Made by a program: the position numbers and the translations under genes | Notes under the pieces: generated by a model | What the model was told of the DNA's origin: nothing | Seen by the model: the letters and a program-made list of their open reading frames with translations, nothing else | The model's database searches: none | Shown here: positions 1 to 13,599 of the stretch, one piece after another | Layout of the letters: each line of letters opens with the position of its first letter | Position numbering within the stretch: position 1 is the first letter of the stretch | Assembly: GCA_963741205.1 (NCBI GenBank) | Contig: CAVUHW010000012.1 | Coordinates: 1 to 64,000 of the forward strand | Source of the DNA: Nitrospirota bacterium | GTDB lineage: Bacteria > Nitrospirota > UBA9217 | Length of the DNA: 64,000 nt | Direction of reading: 5' to 3'

Positions 1-94
1 CAACATTTGGTGCCCGGCATGAGCTAGATCAATGCCGGCTTTTGACCGCAGAGGTTGATTGTTCGTCGCGGTAAAGCCGCGAGTTCATAAACGA

Positions 95-1998
<1,904 letters not shown>

Positions 1999-2002
<4 letters not shown>

Positions 2003-2298
2003 CGCCGGCGCCGCGCGAAGAACGGCCCGATCATCCCGAGCGTCTCGACGAGGCGGTCCGGTTGCGGCGCGGGCGGCGCGAGCGCTGGCAGCGCGAAGGA
2101 GAGCGGTCGATCGGGCAGAACCTGGCGATGATCGGCGCGCTCGGCTGGACGATCGTCACACCGACGTTGATCGGCATCTTCGCCGGCCGCTGGCTCGACC
2201 GCGCCTTCGGTTCGGGGATTTTTTGGACACTGGGCTTGCTCGTCGCCGGCCTGGCTCTCGGCTGCATGCTGGCGTGGAAGAGGATACACCGCGAATGA
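1999..2298 (+). CDS. atpQ: N-ATPase AtpQ (AtpZ/AtpI-like) membrane protein
   Basis: IGALGWTIVTPTLIGIFAGRWLD, two TM helices, canonical position. Confidence 0.85.
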
Positions 2299-2580
2299 CG
2301 ATGCCCACTTTTGCCCCGGCCTTGCAGCCGCCACTGCTCTCCTTGCCGGGCTCGCCTTCGGCTTGGCTTATTTTGCCGTGCTGCGACGGACGGTCGATCT
2401 CTATGCCGCTGGCGCACGGCCGCCTCGTACCGGCGGTTCTCACCGTCGGCCGCCTCGCTACAGCGATCTTATTTCTCGGCTTTGCGGCGAGGATCGGGGC
2501 GCTGCCGCTGCTGGTGGCGTTTCTGGGCTTTTTGTTAGCGCGCGTCGCTTGCGTTGCGCGCCGCGCGAAGGGCAGCGTGA
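2295..2580 (+). CDS. atpR: N-ATPase AtpR (frameshifted)
   Basis: Hydrophobic pieces AYFAVLRRTV and GRLATAILFLGF...LLVAFLGFLLAR between atpQ and atpB. Confidence 0.7.
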
Positions 2581-3252
2581 TGGCGTCGTCTCCGCTCGCC
2601 AGTGCAATCCTGTTCCATCTCGGCCCCGTCGCCATTACTCGGCCGGTGGTGACGACCTGGGCGATCATGGCAGTGTTGGCACTGGGTTCCTGGGTTGTGA
2701 CGCGCCGGCTCGCACTGCATCCCGACCGGCGCCAGGCGGTGCTGGAGACTGATCGTCACCGGCATTATGGGCCAAATCGAGGAGGTCATCCGCAAGGACG
2801 CGCGCCCATTCCTGCCGATCCTTGGAACGCTGTTCATCTTTCTCGTTGCCGCCAATCTGTCCGGCGTACTGCCGGGCGTGGAAGCGCCGACCGGAAAGTT
2901 GGAAACTCCGGCGGCGCTCGCGCTGATCGTCTTCGTCTCAGTGCACTTCTTCGGCGTGCGCGCTCGCGGCCCGCTTGGCTATCTCGCGAGCTTCGCCCAG
3001 CCGAAGCTGATCATGCTGCCGCTCAACATCATCTCCGAGGTAACGCGCACCTTCTCGCTGATGGTCCGGCTGTTCGGCAATGTGATGAGCGGCGAGTTCA
3101 TAATCGCGCTGGTCGTGGCGCTCGCCGGGTTGTTTGTGCCGATCCCGCTGATGGCCCTCGAAATCCTCGTCGGCCTGGTGCAGGCCTACATCTTCACCAT
3201 TCTCGCCACGGTGTTTATCGGTGCCGCGGTCGACACGGTCGAGCAAGGCTGA
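2580..3252 (+). CDS. atpB: Fo subunit a (one frameshift)
   Basis: MASSPLAS...; [14 protein letters not shown] with the essential Arg; [15 protein letters not shown]. Confidence 0.92.
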
Positions 3253-3262
3253 GGGGGCTTCC

Positions 3263-3505
3263 ATGGATATAAAGCTCATCAGCACCATCGCTGCCGCGCT
3301 TGCCGTGTCGATCGGCTCGATCGGCCCGGCGCTGGCCGAAGGCCGCTCGGTCGCCGCGGCGATGGACGCCATCGCCCGGCAGCCGGAGGCGGCGGGCACG
3401 ATCTCGCGCACCCTCTTCGTCGGTCTCGCGATGATCGAGACGATGGCGATCTACTGCCTGGTCGTGGCCCTGATGCTGCTCTTCGCCAATCCCTATGCCG
3501 GGTGA
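3263..3505 (+). CDS. atpE: Fo subunit c
   Basis: GPALAEG...IARQPEA...MIETMAIY; RBS GAGGGGG. Confidence 0.95.
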   Translation: MDIKLISTIAAALAVSIGSIGPALAEGRSVAAAMDAIARQPEAAGTISRTLFVGLAMIETMAIYCLVVALMLLFANPYAG

Positions 3506-3507
3506 CC

Positions 3508-4260
3508 ATGCATTTCGACTGGTCCACCTTCGCGCTGCAGACGGTCAATTTCGCGGTTCTCGTCTGGTTGCTGCACCGGTTCCTGTACCGGCCGGTGTTG
3601 CGCATGGTCGACACGCGCCGCGCTGAGATCGAAAGCAATATGCCGAGGCGCGCGCGGCCGAGGCGCAAGCGAAGGACAGGCTCACCGCGGTCGAGGCAGA
3701 GCGCGCCGGCATCGCGGCCGAACGGGCAGCGGCGCTGAAGGAAGCAGCGGCTCAGGCGGAGGAGGCGGCGGCGGCGCGCCGCGCCCAGGCGGAGCACGAG
3801 GCGGCCGCGCTTCTCGAGGACGCGCGCAAGACCCTGGCTGCTGAACGCGAACGCGCTGGCCGAGGCGCGCCGCGCCGCGCTCGATCTCGGAGCCGAAATC
3901 GCCGGGCGGCTGCTCGCCGAAGATGCCGATGAAACTGCGTGCGGAAGCATGGATCGAGCGCATCGAGCAATATCTGGCGGCGCTGCCAGCGGCCGGAAGT
4001 CGATGCCCTTGCGCAGCAGCTTGCCGACAGCGTTCCTCTCATGGTCGTGACGGCGTCGGCGCTGCCGGCCGAAACCGAGGAGACCTGGCGTTCGCGGCTC
4101 CAGCAAACTCTGTGCGACCGACAGCCGTCGATTTCGCCGTTGACCCGAACTCGTCGCCGGCGCGGAGCTGCATTTTCCGAATGCGGTTCTGCGCTTCTCC
4201 TGGCAAAGCGCGCTGGCCGCGATGCGCGCGGAGATCGAGGCCGATGCCAACGCTCGCTGA
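3508..4260 (+). CDS. atpF: N-ATPase extended b subunit (frameshifted)
   Basis: MHFDWSTFALQTVNFAVLVWLLHRFLYRPV, Ala/Glu coiled coil, long C-terminal part. Confidence 0.85.
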
Positions 4261-5787
4261 CGATCTGCAGGGCTGGCTCGGCCAAAGCCGCGAGCGGATC
4301 GTCAAACTGGCGCTCGAACCTCGGCTCGAGCATGTCGGCCGGGTCGCCCAGATCGGCGACGGGGTGGCGACCGTCACTCGGGCTGCCGGAGACGCGGCTC
4401 GACGAGCTGCTGGTGTTCGAGGGTGGGGTGCGCGGTCTCGCGGTCGATCTCGGCGAGGCAGGCGATCGGCTGCGTGCTGCTCGGCGACACCGCCGGAATT
4501 GCCGCCGGAAGCATCGTGCACGGGACGGGCGAGGTGGCGCGCGTCCCGGTCGGCGACGCGCTACTCGGTCGCGTGGTGGACGCGCTCGGCCCGCCGCTCG
4601 ACGGCGGCGCACCGGTTGCCGCCGAGACGCTGGCTCCGGTCGAGCAGCCGGCGCCGGCGATCGTCGACCGGGCACTGGTGACGCGTCCACTGGCGACCGG
4701 GCTTCTCGTGGTCGACGCGATGATCCCGCTCGGCCGCGGCCAACGCGAACTGATCATCGGCGACCGCGGCACCGGCAAGACCGCGATCGCCGTTGATGCG
4801 ATCATCAACCAGCGTTCGAGCGACGTGATCTGCGTCTATGCCGCGATCGGGCAGAAAGCATCATCGGTCGCGCAGGTCATCGAGGCGGTGCGCCGATACG
4901 GCGCCCCGGAACGCTGCATCTTCGTCATCGGCGAGGCCGATGCGGCACCGGGCTTGCAATGGCTGACGCCCTACAGCGCCTGCACGATGGCCGAGCATTT
5001 CATGGCGCGCGGCCGTGATGTGCTGTTGGTCATCGACGACCTCACGAAGCATGCCGCCGCGTACCGCCAGATCTCGCTGCTGCTGCGCCGGCCGCCGGGC
5101 CGCGAGGCTTATCCGGGCGACATCTTCTACATTCATTCGCGCCTGCTGGAGCGGGCGGCAAAGCTCGCGCCCGAGCGGGGCGGTGGCTCGCTGACGGCAT
5201 TGCCGATCGCGGAGACCCAGGCCGGCAACATCAGCGCCTATATCCCGACCAATCTGATCTCGATCACCGATGGGCAGATCTATCTCGACCCGCGGCTCTT
5301 CTACGAGGACCAGAAGCCGGCGGTCGATGTCGGCAAGAGCGTGTCGCGTGTCGGCGGCAAGACGCAGGCGCCAGTGCTGCAGGCGCTCTCGGAAAGTCTG
5401 CGCCTCGAATATGCGCAGTTCCTCGAGCTCGAAGTATTTACCCGTTTTGGCACGATGGTCGACGAGCGCACCCGCAAGGTCATTGAGCATGGGCGGCGCA
5501 TTCGTGCAGTGCTGCGCCAGCCCCAGTTCGCGCCGCTCGACATTCGGCGAACAGGTCGCGCTGCTGATCGCGGTATCGGAGGGTGTGCTCGACGATGTCC
5601 CGCTGGACCGGGTGGATGCGTTCCGCGCCGGCCTCGGCGCCTGGCTTGCCCAGCATTGTCCGCGAGGCAGCTGGCGTTCGACGATCGGGCGGCGAGGCTT
5701 TCGGATGAGCTTGCGCGAACGCCTGACGACGCACTCAAGGCGCTGGCGCGTGCCGTCGCAATGCCAATGACGGCCGACCGGTCATGA
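4244..5787 (+). CDS. atpA: N-ATPase alpha subunit (frameshifted)
   Basis: [43 protein letters not shown]. Confidence 0.95.
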
Positions 5788-6750
5788 CCCGCCTCGCCGA
5801 ATCGAGGCCCATATCGCCACCATGGGCGAGCTGCTCGACATCGTCGGCGCCATGCGCTCGCTTGCCAGCATGCGCGTGCAGGAGGCGCATCGCTCGCTTC
5901 CGGACATCCGGCGGTATGCGGAGACGATGGCGGCAGGCGATCGGCGCTGCTCTGCTCCTGCTGCCCGAAGGGAGCGCCGGCAGCCGAACGGCAACCGGCC
6001 GCCGGGCGCTTATCTTGTGCACGGCCGAACACGGTTTTGTCGGCGGCTTCAACGAGCGCATCCTCGATGCCGCGCGAAGCGTGCTCGATCCGGAGGACGC
6101 GCTCTTCATCCTCGGCAGCCGAGGCGCCGCGCTGGCGCAAGAACGGGGCCGGCCGGCGGCCTGGGCCCATCCGATGGCGACGCGTCCCGAAGGCGTGCCC
6201 GAGACGATCCGGCATCTGACAGCCGAGCTTTATCGGCTGGATCGGCCGCGGCGAGGTCGCCCGCGTCGAAGTGATCTTTGCGCGCCACCGGCAGGGCGGC
6301 CGGCTAGGAGATCGAGCAGCGCCTTTTGTTCCCGGTTGATCTGACGCATTTGCGCTGGCCCGGCCGGGGACTGCCGCCGCTGCACAACCTGCCGCCTGAG
6401 GTGCTGCTGGAAAGGCTGATCGCCGATTACGTCTTTGGCTGATGACCGAAGCGGCGGTCGAATCGCTTGCCAGCGAAAATGCGGCACGTTTTGCCGCGAT
6501 GGGGGCGGCCCATGACAATGTGTCGAAGAAACTTGAGCAACTGCGCCAGGATGCGCGGCAAGCCCGCCAGAGCGAAATCACCACCGAGCTGCTCGACCTG
6601 GTGACCGGCGCGGAGGCACAGCACGATGCCGATCCACGCCACCGCGAGGCCCAACGAACGCAAGTGTGGCTCGCCGACGCGCCATGCTGGAGGTTGCGCT
6701 ATGTCAATGGCGACAGGGGCAGCGCGATCAATACTGAGACGTCGGCATAG
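5784..6750 (+). CDS. atpG: N-ATPase gamma subunit (frameshifted)
   Basis: [43 protein letters not shown]. Confidence 0.9.
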
Positions 6751-6774
6751 GCGCTATCCGGGAGGGGACGGCTG

Positions 6775-9634
6775 ATGTTTGCGCTCAGCTACCTGATCCT
6801 TGTCCTCATCGCCGCGCTGCCGCTCGCGATGACCGTTTTGCAGAATCGCGGCAACCCGCCTTCGCTCGCCTTTATCCACCGCATCTACCGGGACTTGGCC
6901 TATATCGCGGTCGTCGTCGTTGCGAATAATCGCGATCGAGACGATCTTCGCGATTGCGTTGCAGAACTACTGGTTCGGCGAGCTGGGCCAGCAATACCGT
7001 TATTGGCTGGCGCTCGGACTGCGCGTGGCGATTTTCGCCACGGTCTTTGTTTTCGGTGGATTGTTCATTGCGTTCAATCTGCGGTCGGGGTGCCGACCAG
7101 TGGCGATCGTGCCGCGGAGCGCGCCGTGGTTTGGCGGCTTCATCCTATCGGCGCTGGTCGCATTCGGCGCCACCAGTCTGTGGACGCCGCTATTGGCCTT
7201 CCTCGGGGCGGCGCCGTCGGGCGTCACCGACCCGGTCTTCGGCAAGGATCTGTCCTTCTACCTTCTCGCCCTGCCGCTTTATGAGGAGGTCATTTATCTC
7301 GTCATCACGATCCTTGTCCTGACGATCGCCGCTTGGGCCGGTATCGGCTTCCTGTTCTATCCGCGTCCGGGACAGCCCTGGCGGTACCACAGCCGTTACC
7401 CCGCCCTGATGGACGAGCGCTCACCCGATGGGCAGGAGGCGAGCGAGGCGCGTTTATTCGCCGCCGGCCGGATCGCCTGGGAAGGCTGGTTTCGCCAGGG
7501 GATGGTGCTGGGCGCCTTGTTCTGCCTCAGTTTCGGCCTCGCCCGGTTTTTCGCCCGATACCACCTCGTCATCGGCGGGCATTCGGCCGTCGTCGCCGGC
7601 GCCTCCTTTATCGACATCCATTTCTGGCTGCCGGCCTATGCCGTGATCATCGCCGGCTGGGTCGCAGCCGCCATCCTTTTGGCGGCGGCCGCCTGCGTAC
7701 CGCGCTTGCGTCGCTGGCTGTTCGCCGCGCCGTCGCATTGGGTGGCGCCGTGTGCGGTTTTTGCTGCGCTCTACCTCGCGGCGGCGATCATCCCGACTGC
7801 GGTCGAGCATCTCTATGTCGGGCCCAACCAGATTACCCTCGAGCAGCCCTATCTCGTCCGCAGCATCGCCGGCACGCGGCAAGCTTATGGGCTCGCTGGG
7901 CCGAACGTCGAAGAACAGGAATTCGCGGTTTCGGCAACTCCGCTCGGCCGTGACGATCTCGATAAGAACGCGGCAACGCTGCGGGATGCGCGCATCTGGG
8001 ACTGGCGCGCGCTCGAACCCCAGCTGCAGCAGATCCAGGGCCTGCGCCCCTATTACACCTTTGCCGGCGTCGACATCGACCGCTACCGGATCGACGGCGT
8101 CGAACGCCAAGTGATGATCACGGCACGTGAACTCAACGTCGAGAGGCTGCCGGCGGCGGCCCAGGTCTGGGTCAACCTCGCGCTCAAATACACGCATGGC
8201 TACGGCGCGGTAGCAGTTCCGGTCAATGAGATGGACAGCCGCGGCAACCCGGTGCTGTGGGCGCACGACATCCCGATCCAGGCCAAGGGCGATCTCGCGG
8301 TGACTCATGGCGAAATCTACTACGGCATGCTGACCCGCGACCGGGTCTACGTCCACACCACCGAAAAGGAGTTCGATTTCCCGCAGGGCGACGCGAACGC
8401 CGAGACCGTTTATGGCGGCCAGGGCGGTATCCTGCTGTCGAATTTATGGCGCAAGCTCGTCATCGCCCATGAATTCGACGGTCTGCGGCTGTTCATCTCC
8501 GGGTACTTTACCGAGCAGAGCCGGGTTCTGATCCGTCGCAACATCGTCGAACGAGTCGAGCGGCTGGCGCCGTTTCTCATCTTTGATCGCGACCCGTACA
8601 TCGTCGCCGACGGCGACCATTACTCCTACATCATCGATGGCTACACCAGTTCCGAGAACTATCCTTACAGCGAGGCCTATCATGGCTCGCTCTCCGGTTT
8701 TCACGGGCGCAACTACCTGCGCAATTCGGTAAAGGCCGTGGTCGACGCCTATAACGGGACGGTGACGTTCTACGTCTTTGGAGCCGACGATCCGATCATC
8801 AAGGCGTACCAGAACATGCTCCCGGGTCTGTTTCGCGAGCGCAGCGAGATGCCCGCGAACCTCCAGCGCCACATCCGCTACCCCGAGGATCTGTTTACCG
8901 TCCAGGCGGAAATGTACGGCACCTACCACATGACCAATCCCGCGACCTTCTACAATCGGGAGGATCGATGGGAGGTGCCGCACGAGCTCTATCGCGACCG
9001 CGAGATCGAGCTGCAGCCGTATTACGTGATGGCTCAGCTGCCGCGCGCCGAAAATCCGGAATTCATCCTGATGCTGCCGCTGTCGGTGGCGGGCAAGAAC
9101 CAGATGGCCGGATGGCTCGCCGGCCGATCGGATGGCGCCGATTACGGCAAGCTCGTCGCGTACCGCTTTCCCAAGGGGCGGTTCGTCGATGGTCCGGCGC
9201 AAATCGAGTCGCGGATCCATTCAGACAGCCGGTTTTCGGGCAATTTGAGCCTGTGGGATCAGCACGGCTCCCGCGTGATCCGCGGCAATCTGATCATCCT
9301 GCCGCTCAACGACAATCAATTGGTGGCGATCGAGCCCGTCTATATCGAGGCGGAGCAGACCAAGATCCCGACGCTCGCGCGCGTCGTTTTCGGACAATTG
9401 CTGCCCGACGACCGCAAGATCGAGTGGGCGGGCACCCTTAGCGAAGCGGAGGCCCTTCTGGTCGGGATCCGCGCGGAACAGCCAGCCGGACCAGCATCGG
9501 CGGCAACCGATCTCGATCGGCTCGAACGTGCTCGCGCCGTGTTTCGCGATATGCGGCAGGAATACGCCGCGGGCAATTTCGTCCGCTATGGCGAGTTGCT
9601 GCAACAACTCGAAAAGATCCTGCTGCCTCCCTGA
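6775..9634 (+). CDS. UPF0182 family membrane protein
   Basis: DPVFGKDLSFYLLALP, RIWDWRAL, YTHGYG, NYLRNSVKAVVDAYNG, HIRYPEDLF; frameshift near the N-terminus. Confidence 0.9.
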
Positions 9635-9900
9635 GGCCGACGTGCGCCCGCAGGCCGGCCCAACGACACGCGCAGGAAAGCGGACGCGCGGGGCGAGACC
9701 TTCTGGGCCCAAGTCAAGGCGGAAATCGGGGTGAGGTTAACCAAATTTGTCAAAGTAGACTTCAATGTCCTCATCGAATGCGGCGGCTTTCTGCGCCTGC
9801 GCTGCGCCGAGTGCACCCTGGGTCGCGCTGGTCGGGTAGCCGGTCGGGTGTCGGCGGGATCAGGGAATTTTTATTATCATCACGCGATGAGCATCTCGAA

Positions 9901-10920
9901 TATGATTACCGACTATCCTCAGCCGTTCACGCATGGTACAAAACAGGAACATATGGCTGTTTCTGGGGGTTTGGACGATGGCGCGGAACAAGGTTCAGTT
10001 TCAAAAGGGCCTCAGTGAGACCCAGTTTGCCGTCCTTTACGGAACAGAGGCTCAGTGCCGGGAGGCGGTGATGCGCTGGCGCTGGCCATCCGGCTTCATC
10101 TGTCCGATGTGCGGCGGCAAGCAGCACAGCGTCGTCAAGACCCGCGCGCTTTATCAGTGCACCGCCTGCCGACGACAGACATCCTTGATCGCCGGAACGA
10201 TTTTCGCCGCGACCAAGGTGGCGCTGACGATCTGGTTTCGCGCCATGTACCACCTCACCCAGAGCAAAGGCGGCATCTCCAGCATCGAGTTGGGCCGCCG
10301 GCTTGGCGTCACCCAGACCACTTCCTGGAAGATCAAGCACAAGCTCATGCAGGTCATGATGGAGCGGGACGCTACAAAGCGCCTGACGGGGCGGATCGAG
10401 ATCGACGACGCCTATCTCGGCGGCGAACGCAACGGCGGCAAGCGTGGCCGCGGTTCGCCCGGCAAGATGCCGTTCGTGGCGGCAGTCGAAACCACACCGC
10501 AGGGCAAGCCAATCCGGTTGAAATTGCGCCGGGTAAAGGGTTTCCGCCGCGCCGAAATCGCGACCTTGGCGACGCGCAATTTCGATCCCGCCAGCACCGT
10601 TGTCAGTGACGGACTGCGCTGCTTCACCGGTGTCGGCAGCGCCGGCTGCGTCCATCAGCCGATTATCACCGGGTCCGGCCGCAGGGCCGCGCTGAACCCC
10701 GCGTTCAAGTGGGTCAACACCACCCTCGGCAACATCAAGAGCGCCATCACTGGCACCTACCGCGCCGTCCGCGACAAGCATGTACCCCGCTACCTTGCCG
10801 AATTCGAATACCGCTTCAACCGCCGATACGATCTCGCCGCCATGATGCCACGGCTCGGCTACGTCGCAGTCCGAACCCCGCCGATGCCATACCGCCTCCT
10901 CAAAATGGCGGAGGTTCTAA
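9901..10920 (+). mobile_element. IS1595-family insertion sequence, right end degenerate
   Basis: Left end ATGATTACCGACTATCCTCAGCC; only partial inverted match GGCGGAGGTT at 10907. Confidence 0.75.
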
Positions 10921-11072
10921 TAGAATTCAAGCGCGCCATTCTCCGCGGGCCGCGGCGACGTGGCGGCGGCAGGAACAGGAAGGCCCCGATGCATCAACTG
11001 GCCTGCCCCTGCTGCCCGGCGAGCCAGAACCGCAGCCGCCCTGCTGTTGCCGTGCTGCTTACTTGTCGTTGA
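9978..11072 (+). CDS. IS1595-family DDE transposase (reads through past the expected end)
   Basis: Zn ribbon CPMC/CTAC, IEIDDAYLGG, VVSDG, YLAEFEYRFNRR. Confidence 0.9.
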   Translation: MARNKVQFQKGLSETQFAVLYGTEAQCREAVMRWRWPSGFICPMCGGKQHSVVKTRALYQCTACRRQTSLIAGTIFAATKVALTIWFRAMYHLTQSKGGISSIELGRRLGVTQTTSWKIKHKLMQVMMERDATKRLTGRIEIDDAYLGGERNGGKRGRGSPGKMPFVAAVETTPQGKPIRLKLRRVKGFRRAEIATLATRNFDPASTVVSDGLRCFTGVGSAGCVHQPIITGSGRRAALNPAFKWVNTTLGNIKSAITGTYRAVRDKHVPRYLAEFEYRFNRRYDLAAMMPRLGYVAVRTPPMPYRLLKMAEVLIEFKRAILRGPRRRGGGRNRKAPMHQLACPCCPASQNRSRPAVAVLLTCR

Positions 11073-12228
11073 ACCGATGCCCGCGCATGCGCAGGCGCCC
11101 TCCCCGGCGGCCGCATCGGCCCCCGAGGCGCCGTCCGCCCCGACGGCGATGGCGGTGCCGGCAATGGCGGGTCCGCTCGTGGCCAACCCGAACCCGATGA
11201 GCTTTGACGGCGGGCCGCTCGGCAAGGTCTATTTCACCGGCGCAATCAGCGGCATCGGGCTGTTCCAGAGCGATCCGGGATCCGCCAATCAGCGACCACC
11301 ACAACCACGTCGATTTGAGCAGCGCCCAGATCCAGCTGCAGAACACCGAAGGGTTGTTTCAGTTTTTCGTTCAGGCCGGCGCCTACTCGTTCCCGGCGCT
11401 CGGCGCGCCGTATTTGCATGTCCGGAAGGCGACCGGCGAATCTTCGGCCCGCTGCCGGTCGCCTACGCCAAGCTCGCGCCGAGCGATACGTTCTCGATCC
11501 AGGCCGGCAAGCTGCCGACCCTGATCGGCGCCGAATACAGTTTCACCCACCAGAACATGAACATCGAGCGCGGTCTGTTGTGGAACCAGGAGCCGATCGT
11601 AAGCCGCGGCGTTCAGGCGAATTTGACGCTCGGGGCGCTCGCCTTGTCGGCCTCGCTGAATGACGGCTTTTATTCGGACAGCTACAACTGGCTGACCGGC
11701 TCCGCCGCCTGGACCATCGACAAGCAGAATACCCTTACCGTTGTTGGCGGCGGCAATTTCGACAAAACCAACAAGAACGTCGTTTCCGAAATCGCCGCTG
11801 CTCTATAATAACAGCGATATCTTCAACGTCATCTATACCTACAACAATGCGCCATGGACGATCACGCCGTATTTCCAATACACCAACGTTCCGGGGAATG
11901 CCGTTCTTAGGTACCCCGAAAGACGCGTCGACCTACGGCGGTGCGATCCTGGCCAATTACTCGATCAACGACAATGTCAACCTGGCCGGCCGCTGGGAAT
12001 ATATCGGTTCGACCGGCGGCGCCGCCTCGCCCAGCCTGCTCTACGGCCCGGGCAGTTCGGCGATGTCGTTCACGATGACCCCGACCTGGCAGGACGGCAT
12101 CTACTTCCTGCGCGGCGATGTCTCGGTGGTCAAGGCCTTCGACACGACGGCGGGGTTGGCCTTCGGTCAGACCGGCAAGGCCGACGATCCAGGCGCGCTT
12201 CGTGCTCGAAACCGGCATAATGTTCTAG
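10989..12228 (+). CDS. Outer-membrane beta-barrel porin (BBP2/DUF1597-like), frameshifted
   Basis: Signal-peptide-like ...AHAQ, QAGKLPTLIGAEYSF, amphipathic strands, C-terminal Phe (ETGIMF*); start approximate. Confidence 0.75.
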
Positions 12229-12388
12229 CCGACGGTCTTGGCCGATAATCGGCCGGCCTTTGGCACGGTTCCTGCGCGAATTCATGCAGCGGAGACCGAA
12301 GTGGCCCGTAGGCGAGGGTGAGGCGGCGAAAGCCGCGATCCATTCTGGCGCGAGTCACAGGTTTCCCAAGCAGTCGCGGTGCGACAGT

Positions 12389-12859
12389 TCATCTGCTCGG
12401 CGGCGCTTCGGGGCAGGTGCCGGTGAGGATGTTGTAAATCTCGGCGTCGGTCTTGGCGGCGCGCAGCTGTGCGGCCGCCTCGCGGTCCCGCAGCCGGCGC
12501 GACACGCAGGCAAGCGCGGCCAGATGATCGTTGCCGGCCTGGTCCGGGATCAGCAGCAGAAACACCAGATCGACCGGCCGCTCATCGATGGCGGTAAAGT
12601 CGATCGGCCGCTCCAGCCGGGCAAACAGCCCGAAGAAATGGTGCAAGCCGGCAATGCGGGCATGCGGCACGGCGATCCCTTGGCCAACCCCGGTCGAGCC
12701 GAGCGCCTCGCGGGCCTGCAGCGCATCGAGAATTGCTTGCATATCGATCGCCAACAGCTTTGCGGCGCGCTGCGACAGCTCGCGCAGAAGCTGCGGCTTG
12801 TCGCCGATCCGGAGGGCGGCGATCACACGGTCGGGGGCGATCAGGTCGGTGATGTTCAC
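12389..12859 (-). CDS. ptsN: PTS IIA-like nitrogen regulatory protein
   Basis: REALGSTGVGQGIAVPHAR (phospho-His), PVDLVFLLL. Confidence 0.88.
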   Translation of the reverse strand: MNITDLIAPDRVIAALRIGDKPQLLRELSQRAAKLLAIDMQAILDALQAREALGSTGVGQGIAVPHARIAGLHHFFGLFARLERPIDFTAIDERPVDLVFLLLIPDQAGNDHLAALACVSRRLRDREAAAQLRAAKTDAEIYNILTGTCPEAPPSR

Positions 12860-12899
12860 CAGCGTCGCGCCTTTCTGTGAATGATTGCTGGAGGCGCGG

Positions 12900-13599
12900 T
12901 CAATCCGGAGCCCGCATCCGGTAGCCGACACCCTGCTCGGTCAGGATGTATTGAGGCTGCTCCGGGATTGCTTCGATCTTTTGGCGCAGCGCGCGGATGT
13001 AGATGCGCAGGTATTGGATCTGCCCCTCGCCGCCCCAGACCTCGCGCAGGATGAACCGATGCGTCAGCACCTTGCCCGCATGCGCGACAAACAGGCGGAG
13101 CAGATCGTATTCCCGCGGCGACAGCTTCACCTCGGCGCCCGCGCTGCGTGACGATGCGGCGCACGAGATCGACCATAAGCTCGCCGCAGCGGAATACCGG
13201 CCGCTCGCCCTCCTCCTGCAGCCGATGGCGTAGCGCGGCGCGGATGCGGGCGAGCAGCTCATCGATCCCGAAGGGTTTGGTGACGTAGTCGTCGGCACCG
13301 AGATCGAGCGCCTTCACCTTGCCGGTTTCGTCGGTCCGGCTCGATAGGACGATAATCGGCACGGTGGAGCCCTGACCGCGCACGCGCTCGATGATGTCGA
13401 GCCCGTTGATGTCCGGGAGGCCAAGATCGAGGACGAGGATGTCGATCGGACCGCGGCGAAGATCCTCCAGCGCGGCCGTGCCATTCTCCGCCTCGGTGAC
13501 AAGGTAGCCCTGCGCCGTCAGACTCGTCCGCAGGAAGCGGCGGATCGCGGGTTCGTCGTCGACGACCAGAACCTTGAGTGGAGCGGCCTTTACCATCAT
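12900..13599 (-). CDS. kdpE: KdpE response regulator (one frameshift)
   Basis: VLVVDDEPAIRRFL, LDLGLPD, GADDYVTKPF, OmpR winged helix ILTEQGVGYR. Confidence 0.92.
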
